Positions 10,931-21,909 of a DNA stretch of 64,000 nucleotides are shown in pieces. Origin of the DNA: Sulfurovum sp. (GTDB taxonomy: Bacteria > Campylobacterota > Campylobacteria > Campylobacterales > Sulfurovaceae); assembly GCA_021647715.1 (NCBI GenBank), contig JAKIUE010000001.1, positions 11,285 to 75,284 on the forward strand, written 5' to 3'. The notes beneath the pieces were generated by a model. It was not told where the DNA came from. It saw only the letters and a program-made list of their open reading frames with translations, and did no database searches. Positions within the stretch are counted from its first letter, which is position 1, and every line of letters begins with the position of its first letter. The position numbers were made by a program, and so were the translations under genes.

Positions 10931-12119
10931 AGGTTTTAAATCTCTAAAAAGTAAAATACGACTTATATTTACACTAACACTTCTACTTCTCTCTTTTTTG
11001 TTTATAGGATCAATCAAATATGACCAACTAAAATATGAAGAGAACAATGCCATACATGAGCGTTTAGTCTCACATTATCTTTATAATTACTACCTCATAC
11101 ATGGAAAAATAGATGAAGCTTACCTTGAATCACAAAACTTTTCACTGATTAAAGATAAAGAAAAAGTTGTACAAATTGAACACTTTTTTAAAAAGAAAGA
11201 TAAATATAAAAAATATGCTGTAGACACCTATAAATTACAACGAATTATCCTTATAAATAATGATAGATTCAAACTTTTTTTACAAAATAAAAATAGAGCA
11301 AAAGTACCCGCTAAACGTATTTTAGTTTTTAGTATTGTCTTTTTACTTCTTATGTTACTGTACTTTTGGGTTATGAGAAGTTTAAAGCCTCTCTCTACAC
11401 TTAAAAATAAGATTAAAACCTTTTCAGAAGGAAATTTAAACATAGAATGTAGTAGTAATAAAAAAGACGAGATAGCAGAAGTTGCCAATGAATTTAACCA
11501 TGCGGTAACAATGATACGAGAGCTCATACAATCTAGACAACTCTTTTTACGTGCTATTATGCATGAGCTTAAAACGCCTATAGGAAAGGGCAGACTCGTC
11601 GCAGAGATGATCCATGATGAAAAAAATAAAGCACGCCTACATAGTATTTTTGAGCGTCTAAATTTACTCATAGATGAATTTGCTAAAATGGAACAAATTA
11701 CCTCTAAGAACTTTCAGCTCACGACAAAACCATATAAAATATCTGACCTTATAGAAGCAAGTATTGATTTACTCATGTTAGAGCATCCTGAAAACCTTAT
11801 TGAGCTACAGATTATACATGACTATACACTTGAAGTTGACTTTGAGCTCTTTGTCCTTGTCATAAAAAATCTTCTTGACAATGCCATAAAATACAAGACC
11901 CAAAACAAAATCATTGTACAAGTAAATAATAAAAAATTAGCCATCGTTAATAAAGGACCTAAGTTAGAAGAAGCTATGGAAAATTACTATAAACCTTTTC
12001 ATACCTCTAAACAAGGATTAGGTCTTGGGTTATATATTGTAAAAAGTATTTTGGATATTCACCATAAGAGATTAGATTATAGATATGAAAATGAAGAAAA
12101 TATTTTCACTATAGCCTAA
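10923..12119 (+). CDS. Sensor histidine kinase (RacS/ArsS-like)
   Basis: Two TM segments, a HAMP domain, H-box IMHELKTP, N-box NLLDNAIKY and GLGLGL. Overlaps the regulator stop codon. Confidence 0.93.
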   Translation: MFEGFKSLKSKIRLIFTLTLLLLSFLFIGSIKYDQLKYEENNAIHERLVSHYLYNYYLIHGKIDEAYLESQNFSLIKDKEKVVQIEHFFKKKDKYKKYAVDTYKLQRIILINNDRFKLFLQNKNRAKVPAKRILVFSIVFLLLMLLYFWVMRSLKPLSTLKNKIKTFSEGNLNIECSSNKKDEIAEVANEFNHAVTMIRELIQSRQLFLRAIMHELKTPIGKGRLVAEMIHDEKNKARLHSIFERLNLLIDEFAKMEQITSKNFQLTTKPYKISDLIEASIDLLMLEHPENLIELQIIHDYTLEVDFELFVLVIKNLLDNAIKYKTQNKIIVQVNNKKLAIVNKGPKLEEAMENYYKPFHTSKQGLGLGLYIVKSILDIHHKRLDYRYENEENIFTIA

Positions 12120-12140
12120 TCAAGAATTACATAGATTGAT

Positions 12141-13484
12141 TTAATCTTCTTTAATCGTGTCTGAAAGCATAAAAGCAAGCTCTAAAGCTTGAGAAGCATT
12201 GAGCCTAGGGTCACACTGCGTATGGTAACGACTAGCAAGCCCTTCATCGGTTATGGCACAAGAAGTACTTCCTGTACATTCAGTAACATCATTACCAGTC
12301 ATTTCTAAATGAATACCCGCTCCTATGGTTCCCATCTCTTTATGTATAGCAAAGAACTGTTCCACTTCAGAGAGTATATTATCAAAATTTCTCGTCTTAA
12401 ATCCAGTAGATGATTTTTCAACGTTCCCATGCATAGGGTCTATCGTCCATACAACGTTTTTACCAGCATCTCTTACTCTCTTCAAAAGTGGTGGAAAATA
12501 TTCTGATATCTTACTTGCACCCATACGCACAATAAGTGTTAATCTTCCTTCTTCATTCTCAGGATTCAACGCCTCTATGAGTTCGATAAGCTCGTCTTCT
12601 TGCATACTTGGTCCCACTTTACAGCCTATAGGGTTCTTTATGCCCCTAAAATACTCAATGTGTGCTTCACTTAAATCTCTTGTTCTATCCCCTATCCATA
12701 ACATATGTGCTGAACAGTCATAATATTCACCACTTTCTGTGTCTTGTCTAGTCATGGATTCTTCATAATTTAATAACAATGCTTCATGTGAAGTATAAAG
12801 TGTTGTTTGATGCAATTGTGGCATCACATCAGAAGTCAAGCCACATGCAGCCATAAACTTCATAGAGTGGTCTATTTTATTAGAGAGTTCATCATACTTC
12901 TTACCAAGTGGATTGTCTTTTATAAACTCCAAGTTCCATTGATGCACTTTATTTAAATCTGCAAGTCCTCCACGTGAAAATGCACGTAAAAGATTGAGCG
13001 TTGCCGCAGATTGATTATATGCACGTATCATATTGTAAGGATTAGGTACTCTTGCTTCTTCAGTAAACTCAATACCATTAATAATATCACCTCTATAACT
13101 AGGGAGTTTCACACCATCTATTTCTTCAAAATCTGAAGATCTTGGCTTTGCAAATTGCCCTGCGATACGCCCTACCTTTACTACTGGTTTTCCCGTAGAG
13201 TACATAAGCACCATATTCATCTGAAGCATAAGTTTAAATAAGTTCTTTATATTCTTAGCATTAAAATCAGAAAAACTCTCTGCACAATCTCCACCTTGAA
13301 GTAAAAATGCCTCACCTCTTCCAGCAGCTGCAAGTTTACTTTTTAACTTTCTAGCTTCACCAGCAAAGATAATAGGAGGGTACGAACTTAGCTTCTCCTC
13401 TACTTCTTTCAAGAGTACTTCATCTTCATACGTAGGTTGCTGCTTTATAGTAAATTTTCTCCAACTACTTGGTGTCCAACTCAT
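12141..13484 (-). CDS. aroG: Class II DAHP synthase
   Basis: LLQGGDCAESF, GRIAGQFAKPRS, LWIGDRTR, DPMHGN and CDPRLN. Confidence 0.95.
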   Translation of the reverse strand: MSWTPSSWRKFTIKQQPTYEDEVLLKEVEEKLSSYPPIIFAGEARKLKSKLAAAGRGEAFLLQGGDCAESFSDFNAKNIKNLFKLMLQMNMVLMYSTGKPVVKVGRIAGQFAKPRSSDFEEIDGVKLPSYRGDIINGIEFTEEARVPNPYNMIRAYNQSAATLNLLRAFSRGGLADLNKVHQWNLEFIKDNPLGKKYDELSNKIDHSMKFMAACGLTSDVMPQLHQTTLYTSHEALLLNYEESMTRQDTESGEYYDCSAHMLWIGDRTRDLSEAHIEYFRGIKNPIGCKVGPSMQEDELIELIEALNPENEEGRLTLIVRMGASKISEYFPPLLKRVRDAGKNVVWTIDPMHGNVEKSSTGFKTRNFDNILSEVEQFFAIHKEMGTIGAGIHLEMTGNDVTECTGSTSCAITDEGLASRYHTQCDPRLNASQALELAFMLSDTIKED

Positions 13485-13705
13485 ATGTTATCCTTCTGTG
13501 ATTTAGGAAATATTTCTTACCTAAAATTAATTTTGAGATTATATCTTAAAAATGATGAAATTGTAAGCGCTCAGCGACAATAGAAAAAATATGATGATTT
13601 TTTATGATTTTTAAGCTAAAAAATACTTTTTCACATGGTGAATAAGTAGTGAATAACTCATATTAAAAAATGAAACCCGTGTTTTAGGGCATGAAACATT
13701 TTGAA

Positions 13706-14416
13706 CTATTTTTTCACGACAAATGTCACAAAATTTGCCCATTGAAATACCGTTTCTATTTTTGTAAAACCTGCATCTTTACACATCTGAATATTTTCTT
13801 TTATCGTAAACGGTATAAGCACATTTTCTAGGGCTTCGCGTTTTTGTGCAATCTCATATTCACTATAACCTTGCTCTTTTTTGTAGTCATAATATATATC
13901 TATCATCTCTTTGTCTAAAGCTTTATCTTCAAAGACTATTTTTTCAGAAAAAATGAAAATACCATCGTCATTTAATCCTTCATAAATCTTCTTCATCAGC
14001 TCCAAACGCTGTATAGGGCGTATAAACTGTAAGGTGTAATTAGCCACAATCACATCTTCATTGTCATAGTTATATTCTAACATATCTGCAAGTTCTAGTT
14101 CTATATCTGCACCAAATGCCTGACATTTTTGATTAGCTCTATCAAGCATAGCAGAAGAGTTGTCTAGTCCCTTTAGTTTCATATCCAGAGTCTTCTTTGC
14201 ATGTAAGTCAAGTAAGAATTTCGCCGTGGAAGAACCCAAATCAAGCACTCGCATACCCTCTTTTTGTCGTGCCAATATAAGTGAAATCACAAGCTTTCGT
14301 ACCTCATCATAAAAGGGTACAGAACGGCTCAACATATCATCAAATACCGAAGCTACAGCTTCATCAAACTCAAATTTTTTATTCACCTTCTTTGTGAATA
14401 CTTTGTCTTTTTCCAT
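13706..14416 (-). CDS. cmoA: Carboxy-SAM synthase
   Basis: [37 protein letters not shown] and [10 protein letters not shown]. Confidence 0.95.
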   Translation of the reverse strand: MEKDKVFTKKVNKKFEFDEAVASVFDDMLSRSVPFYDEVRKLVISLILARQKEGMRVLDLGSSTAKFLLDLHAKKTLDMKLKGLDNSSAMLDRANQKCQAFGADIELELADMLEYNYDNEDVIVANYTLQFIRPIQRLELMKKIYEGLNDDGIFIFSEKIVFEDKALDKEMIDIYYDYKKEQGYSEYEIAQKREALENVLIPFTIKENIQMCKDAGFTKIETVFQWANFVTFVVKK

Positions 14417-14418
14417 AT

Positions 14419-15189
14419 TTACCCTGCCCCTATAAAATCTTGTACAGATTTGTAATATTTGTCATCAGAAGAGATATCAATATGCCCTCTATTGTCAATT
14501 ATAATCACTTCCAGTTCTTTTTCCATAAATGCATCAATGAGGTTTTGTGTACTTTCTCTTGGGATAACCTTATCATTTTGTGCAAAGATAATCAATGTTT
14601 TCGCATGAATCATTGGTACGCGACTCAAAGAGTCATACCTCTCCTTTAAAAGTAATGAAGCAGGATATAGTGGGTACTTCCCTTGTGCCACATTCACTAT
14701 ACTATCAAAAGGTGTGATGAGTACAAGCTTAGAAACCTCTCTATGGGCAGCTACATATGTGGCTATTCCTGAACCTAGACTGCGTCCTCCTACGGAGATA
14801 CGCTTGTGCTTAGACTTGATAGTGTCATAAAGTTTTAAAGCATCTTTATACAAGGCATCCTCACCCGCCACACCTGAACTTTTCCCATAGCCTCTATAGT
14901 CAAGTAAATACACCGTAAACTGAGGAAACTGCTTAGCAATGTAGTCTGCACTACCTACCATGGACTCTGCATTGCCTCCAAAATAAAGTATAGCATTGGG
15001 ATGACCAACATTAAGCGTAATCACATTAATACTTTCTCCATCTACTTTTAAAGTGAGATTAGAATATTTCGTTGTGCCATCTGGTGTAGGGAAATAAAGA
15101 AAATGACGTTGATTCAAATAAAGATACACACCAAAAGCCACATACACTAAAAATAAAACTATACTTATTTTTTTTAACATATTTTTCAT
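14419..15189 (-). CDS. Alpha/beta hydrolase (membrane-anchored)
   Basis: [15 protein letters not shown], nucleophile elbow GRSLG and a late GH. Confidence 0.9.
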   Translation of the reverse strand: MKNMLKKISIVLFLVYVAFGVYLYLNQRHFLYFPTPDGTTKYSNLTLKVDGESINVITLNVGHPNAILYFGGNAESMVGSADYIAKQFPQFTVYLLDYRGYGKSSGVAGEDALYKDALKLYDTIKSKHKRISVGGRSLGSGIATYVAAHREVSKLVLITPFDSIVNVAQGKYPLYPASLLLKERYDSLSRVPMIHAKTLIIFAQNDKVIPRESTQNLIDAFMEKELEVIIIDNRGHIDISSDDKYYKSVQDFIGAG

Positions 15190-15992
15190 CTAAGTAGTTC
15201 TTTTGCTTTGCGTATGTCATCTTCTATTTGCTTTTTCAGTGCTTCTAATCCATCAAACTTCTTGTTTGCTCGTATATATTCCACAAGTTTAAGAGCCACT
15301 CTGCCTTTTACCACCCCTATGTCTTCACCAATAACATGTGTCTCCACAGCAAAAGAACCATCTGTACTCACACGATGTCCCAAAAAACTCACAGAATCAA
15401 GCCACTTTTCATTAACATACGTACGTGTTGCATAAACACCCTCTAAAGGCAACTGATACTCTTTGACATTGAGATTTAAAGTAGCCACTAGCTCCTTTTT
15501 ACCTAACCCCTGTCCTTTTACCACTACACCTTCTAAACTATGTTCTCTACCCAACAGTTTATTCGCCATGACAATGTTACCCTCACGTAAATACGCTTTA
15601 ATGGTACGAGAATGCACAGAGACACCCTCTACACTCACTTCATCTATGACTTCTACCTTGCCATTAAAAAGTGCTTTAAGCACCTTTGTATTGCCTGCTC
15701 TTTGCTTACCAAAAACAAAGTCATACCCCACAACTATCTTTTCTAGTTGAGAGAAGTCTGTTTGTAGCTTTTCTACAAATGCTTCAGGGCTTAAACCCTT
15801 GATGACATCAAAATGATAAAAACAACACATCTTAGCAGTAAAGTCCGACCGCTTGTATCCACTAGTCAAGTATCCACCATTACGCTCTATGATGACCAAA
15901 GCATCGGCTTTGTCTATAAGTGCTTGATGGGCGATGTGTATGCCGTCAAAAGAGCCTATAGCTATGGATTTTATTTGATTATTGTATTTCAA
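15186..15992 (-). CDS. ribF: Bifunctional riboflavin kinase/FAD synthetase
   Basis: IGSFDGIHIAHQ, VVGYDFVFG, GQGLGKKELVATLN and ETH. TTG start with a GGAG RBS. Confidence 0.95.
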   Translation of the reverse strand: MKYNNQIKSIAIGSFDGIHIAHQALIDKADALVIIERNGGYLTSGYKRSDFTAKMCCFYHFDVIKGLSPEAFVEKLQTDFSQLEKIVVGYDFVFGKQRAGNTKVLKALFNGKVEVIDEVSVEGVSVHSRTIKAYLREGNIVMANKLLGREHSLEGVVVKGQGLGKKELVATLNLNVKEYQLPLEGVYATRTYVNEKWLDSVSFLGHRVSTDGSFAVETHVIGEDIGVVKGRVALKLVEYIRANKKFDGLEALKKQIEDDIRKAKELLR

Positions 15993-16002
15993 TCATTTCT
16001 CC

Positions 16003-16083
16003 GTAGGGTGTTGTCCCACGACAACACCTTTTTAATTTCTATTATATTCACATTTTTGGTGTTGTAATGGTACAACACCCTAC
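16003..16083. repeat. Inverted doublet of GTAG-type REP-like hairpins (REPIN-like)
   Basis: 16003-16028 reads GTAG-GGTGTTGTC-CCAC-GACAACACC on the + strand. 16058-16083 reads GTAG-GGTGTTGTA-CCAT-TACAACACC on the - strand. Confidence 0.8.
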
Positions 16084-16793
16084 ATCTTTTCAAAGTGATA
16101 AAGATACTCCTGATTACCCTCTTTACCCTGCACTTTTGAAAGTGCTTGGTACTTCTCATCCCAACCCATCTTTTTGGCACAAGCTTCAAACTCCTCTTTT
16201 CGTCTAGCTATGGTATCTACATCTTGTACCACTCCCTTAGCGTCACGTTTCACGTCTTTGCCTACTTCAAACTGTGGCTTGTAGAGTATGACGATGTCTG
16301 TTCCAGCTTGTGATAATCTATCTATATCATCTACTATCTTCAGCACAGAGATAAACGACACATCACATGTAATAATCTCAAACTTCTCATCACTCTCATA
16401 GTCACGGATGTCTGTCTCTTCATGGAGTGACACTTTCTCGTTTTCACGTAAAGAGATGTGCAACTGGTCTTTGCCTACATCCACACAGCTAAGTGAGGCA
16501 GCCCCATTTTCAAGTACTATCTGAGCAAATCCACCTGTACTAGAACCTATATCTAGGGCTCTTTTATTTTTCATATCTACAGTGTATTCAGCCAAAAAGT
16601 CTTCTAACTTTCGTGCCGCACGTGAGACATAAAACTTGGTATCTTTAACTTCTACGACTGTGTTTTCGTCTACTTTAGCAGAAGCTTTAGGCTTTTTACC
16701 ATCCATAGTCACAAGCCCAGCTTTTATCGCATCATTCGCACGGTTACGACTCTCGAAGTAACCCTCATCTACTAGGTATTTGTCTAATCTCAT
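16080..16793 (-). CDS. tlyA: TlyA-family rRNA methyltransferase (S4 + FtsJ-like)
   Basis: MRLDKYLV S4 domain, YVSRAARKL, LDIGSSTGGF, DVSFIS and KPQFE. Confidence 0.95.
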   Translation of the reverse strand: MRLDKYLVDEGYFESRNRANDAIKAGLVTMDGKKPKASAKVDENTVVEVKDTKFYVSRAARKLEDFLAEYTVDMKNKRALDIGSSTGGFAQIVLENGAASLSCVDVGKDQLHISLRENEKVSLHEETDIRDYESDEKFEIITCDVSFISVLKIVDDIDRLSQAGTDIVILYKPQFEVGKDVKRDAKGVVQDVDTIARRKEEFEACAKKMGWDEKYQALSKVQGKEGNQEYLYHFEKM

Positions 16794-17098
16794 TAAAATC
16801 CATTCACTAAAAAATCTAACGCATCTACTATCTTGGTACGATACTCTTCTATGTTGGTTACTTTTACACTTAAAACATCTTGCATTACACTTGTCATATC
16901 CATGGTATACATCACTACCGTTTGACCTTCTATCTCAAAGACGGGAGTCAAATGCCGTACAGGCTTTTCACCTACCACCAATGGCACTACAAGTCTACTA
17001 TGTAGCCGATTATGCAAGTTACTTTGTAACTCTAATAAATATGGTGCTTTTTTAGATGTTATTTTACTAGGGTTTCTATAGACATCAAACTGAGCCAC
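16793..17098 (-). CDS. ccdB: CcdB-family toxin
   Basis: MAQFDVYRN...PYLLELQSNL...SRLVVPL...IVDALDFLVNGF. GTG start overlaps the antitoxin stop codon. Confidence 0.9.
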   Translation of the reverse strand: MAQFDVYRNPSKITSKKAPYLLELQSNLHNRLHSRLVVPLVVGEKPVRHLTPVFEIEGQTVVMYTMDMTSVMQDVLSVKVTNIEEYRTKIVDALDFLVNGF

Positions 17099-17343
17099 TA
17101 AAATCTCCTATGTTCATCAGAAAACAAGCCCTCTTTTTGTATGCGTTCATTATATGCATCTATAGCTTCAATATTTTCTTCAAGCCACTGTTGCTCTTCT
17201 CTTTTTTTTACTACCTCAGCCAAATAAGTTTCAAAACTTTTAGAGATATTGATCTTGTAACTTTTTGCTTTTTGGAGTAAATCAGAGTTGATAGTCACAT
17301 TGGTTGCTTTTTTTATAGCCGTTTCATCATATATAGCTGACAT
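17098..17343 (-). CDS. ccdA: CcdA-family antitoxin
   Basis: KKATNVTINSDLL...INIS...WLEENIEAIDAYN...GLFSDEHRRF, directly upstream of ccdB. Confidence 0.92.
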   Translation of the reverse strand: MSAIYDETAIKKATNVTINSDLLQKAKSYKINISKSFETYLAEVVKKREEQQWLEENIEAIDAYNERIQKEGLFSDEHRRF

Positions 17344-17399
17344 GTGTATCCTTTATGTGGGTATAGTATGTGTATTATAACATCCTATACTAAAATGTA

Positions 17400-17425
17400 G
17401 ATGTATGAAAATTGATATACATCAA
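17400..17425. promoter_or_regulatory. Possible operator (inverted repeat) between ccdA and the divergent exported-protein gene
   Basis: GATGTAT-N10-ATACATC, plus TTGAT-ATAC-ATCAA. TA operons usually autoregulate at palindromes. The assignment is inference. Confidence 0.25.
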
Positions 17426-17469
17426 ATAAAAAAAAGCAGGAACTTGATAAAATTTATCAGGAGTCAATC

Positions 17470-17763
17470 ATGAAAAATATTTTAGTTTTACTGCTACTCT
17501 CTAGCCTAACACTCATGGCTGAGAACAATGAAAGCAAGCAAACACAAACAGAAGAAAAAAACAGTCCCCAACAAAAAAATGCTACTGAAGCATCCATTCA
17601 AAAAGTGATGGAACAAGAGAAGAAATTTGCAAAAGAGAAAAAGTTTTATAATGCAGATGAATACGACTTCAAAGGAGCCGAAGTAGACCCCAAATCACTC
17701 GACAAGATAAAAGCCCCAGAGCCTGATGATGATTTTGATATGAGTACAGGGGTGTATGATTAA
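17470..17763 (+). CDS. Small exported acidic hypothetical protein
   Basis: Signal peptide MKNILVLLLLSSLTLMA and a GGAG RBS. Confidence 0.75.
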   Translation: MKNILVLLLLSSLTLMAENNESKQTQTEEKNSPQQKNATEASIQKVMEQEKKFAKEKKFYNADEYDFKGAEVDPKSLDKIKAPEPDDDFDMSTGVYD

Positions 17764-17792
17764 AGTCCTCTTTTCTCGATGTGAATGTCACT

Positions 17793-17907
17793 CTCGTTCC
17801 CATCGCTCCTGCGTGGGAATGTATATGGTAAGTTGATTAGATATAAAACATTGATTACATTATTCACTTTTAAGTATGAATTCCCACCGAGGACGGATGG
17901 GAACTAG
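17793..17907. repeat. Inverted doublet of TTCCCA...TGGGAA hairpins (REP/MITE-like)
   Basis: Left arm GTTCCCATCGCTCCTGCGTGGGAAT (17796-17820) and right arm ATTCCCACCGAGGACGGATGGGAAC (17880-17904). The arms are imperfect reverse complements and each forms a hairpin. Confidence 0.78.
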
Positions 17908-17913
17908 AAAAAT

Positions 17914-18837
17914 CTATTTCTTCTCCAAATGTTTTAAAAACAACTGCATAAAACTTACTATTCTATAAAAGAAATAATCAATTTGATTATTGTCTATAAT
18001 ATTATTTTTATCTGTTTCATGATGTCTTATTCTAAAATCATTTCCTATATTTGTCAAAGCAACTGCTTCATCATTTAATAATTTCATATACTCTGAATTA
18101 GTACTTGAAACTTCTTTTATCAATTCTGTAATAGATTCTTTTTTATTTTTTTCTTGATAATATGTTTTCATCCTCTCAAATGCATCCCATATCTTTTCAA
18201 GAGCTATTTGCCTATCTTCAATTTTTGGCTTTAAAAAGTTATCACAAGCTTTCTCAACCAAGCTATTTAACTCATCATCCCCAGTTAAATATATTTTAGA
18301 TACTAGTGGTTGTAAAGCTTGTGGAATTGTTCTTACTATCTTACCATCTTCTTGAAGTTCAAAAACTAAACCGTTTCTTCTAAAAAGTGTATTTATATCA
18401 TTTCTAAAAGCTTTTTTTTCACTATCACTTTCTTCAAATGTATATGAAGTTGCATAGCTTGTATCCGAGTTGTAACCATTGTCATATGGAATTCTTTCAC
18501 TTTTTATAGCTTTTTTAATATTCTTATAGCAAAATTGTATAAAATCAAGAGTCGTATATTGATCATAGGACTTATCTGAACCATCTTCCCATATACTTTT
18601 AGGATACACTATATCAAAATTTGGTATTTCTCCTTTTGCTAAGTTGAGAAATTTTACGTTATTAAATCCACATATTCCAGGTATGCCATCAGGGCAATCA
18701 ACTGGTGCAGACTCCGAAAAACAATTTTTTACAGCATATTTTTCATACACTCCAACTATCCTATTATGAATATCTTCAGTAATCTCTTCTGAGATTCTTT
18801 CTTTTTCACCTAATTCTATATCACTAAAGTATTTCAT
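17914..18837 (-). CDS. AbiJ-like protein with a probable C-terminal HEPN-type domain (putative anti-phage)
   Basis: N-terminal DCPDG motif, central LFRRNGLVFELQEDG and C-terminal ALEKIWDAFERMKT...LTNIGNDFRIRHHE. Very AT-rich. Family assignment is from recall. Confidence 0.6.
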   Translation of the reverse strand: MKYFSDIELGEKERISEEITEDIHNRIVGVYEKYAVKNCFSESAPVDCPDGIPGICGFNNVKFLNLAKGEIPNFDIVYPKSIWEDGSDKSYDQYTTLDFIQFCYKNIKKAIKSERIPYDNGYNSDTSYATSYTFEESDSEKKAFRNDINTLFRRNGLVFELQEDGKIVRTIPQALQPLVSKIYLTGDDELNSLVEKACDNFLKPKIEDRQIALEKIWDAFERMKTYYQEKNKKESITELIKEVSSTNSEYMKLLNDEAVALTNIGNDFRIRHHETDKNNIIDNNQIDYFFYRIVSFMQLFLKHLEKK

Positions 18838-20784
<1,947 letters not shown>

Positions 20785-20911
20785 TTAATCACAGCTTCTT
20801 TTTTTTAGTACAATAATTATATCAAAGACCGCTTCATCCTAACAACACTAAAAGATAATGCACTATTAAGCCCATACCTTATAAAATAATACCAAACAAG
20901 GATAAAACACA

Positions 20912-21901
20912 ATGAAAAGATACGCCTTCATACTCAGCTTACTACTCATGAACCTCACACATGCCCAAGTAGCCCCTGAAAATATATTACTCCAAAAATG
21001 TCTCTTTACCTATACTACCCATTATAAATACCTCAAAGGAGATAAAGCCTTTGCTTATGCTAGAGTAGCCTTAGGTGAAGAAGATACATGTACATGGGCA
21101 CATAAAGCAACAAGTCCTAAAGATGCCAAGTCTATCGCACTTAAAGTCTGTAAACAAGAAAATATAAATGCCGAGTGTAAAATAGTTGATCTTAACAACA
21201 AATGGCTGGTACAAGAAGGAGATTTTTCTACTGTTATTCCTCCAGATAATACACCTTTGCCTTCAGAGAACATCAAACAACTCAAAACAAAAGCAAAAAC
21301 CATTGTTTTAGGTGAGTGCTTATCACTTTTTAATACCCATCTTCAAGACAAAGGCCATAAGGTTTTTGCATACAGTGTGGATGAAGATGGAGCGTTTACT
21401 TGTGGTGTTTCCCGTGAACAACAGACACTAAGACAAGCCGCAATTATAGCCAATAAAATATGTGAAAAACAAAAAATATCTATGAATACTAAAGCCCCTA
21501 AACACCCTTGTCTCTCGCTATCTGACGGAAAAAAGATACTTGTCTCCGCAAAAGACTACAACATCACTCTTCACCAAAAAACCAATAAACTCCTAACTAC
21601 CCCAAGCTATAACACCTATATAAGTAAAGCAAACAAACATTTCTCAGGTTCCTGTCTCACGCAATACAAATACTTTTTACGTATTAAAGATCACAAGGCC
21701 TTTTATTTTGCTAAAAGTACCGCAGGAAAAGTTGTATGCAGTTATAGCTTCAATCAATTCACTATCAATGCAGCCAAAAAGAGTGCACGCAAAAAATGCG
21801 AAACTGCTGCAAAATTTAAAAAAATCACACAAAAGTGCCAACTCTATAGTCTAGATTTACTCACTACTGAAGAGTTGAAAAGTAAACGTATGATAAAATA
21901 G
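20912..21901 (+). CDS. Exported protein with three tandem 4-Cys domains
   Basis: Signal peptide and three repeats of CL-x-(H/D)K(A/V)F(A/Y)-x-C-x-A-x-C-x-C. Confidence 0.75.
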   Translation: MKRYAFILSLLLMNLTHAQVAPENILLQKCLFTYTTHYKYLKGDKAFAYARVALGEEDTCTWAHKATSPKDAKSIALKVCKQENINAECKIVDLNNKWLVQEGDFSTVIPPDNTPLPSENIKQLKTKAKTIVLGECLSLFNTHLQDKGHKVFAYSVDEDGAFTCGVSREQQTLRQAAIIANKICEKQKISMNTKAPKHPCLSLSDGKKILVSAKDYNITLHQKTNKLLTTPSYNTYISKANKHFSGSCLTQYKYFLRIKDHKAFYFAKSTAGKVVCSYSFNQFTINAAKKSARKKCETAAKFKKITQKCQLYSLDLLTTEELKSKRMIK

Positions 21902-21909
21902 TTTAAGAT

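Noticed and set aside
13485-13705. cmoA-aroG intergenic region as a structured RNA or repeat
   Set aside because: It has only a weak AT-rich hairpin (ATTTAGG...CCTAAAAT) and short GC patches, which is compatible with an ordinary promoter or terminator region.
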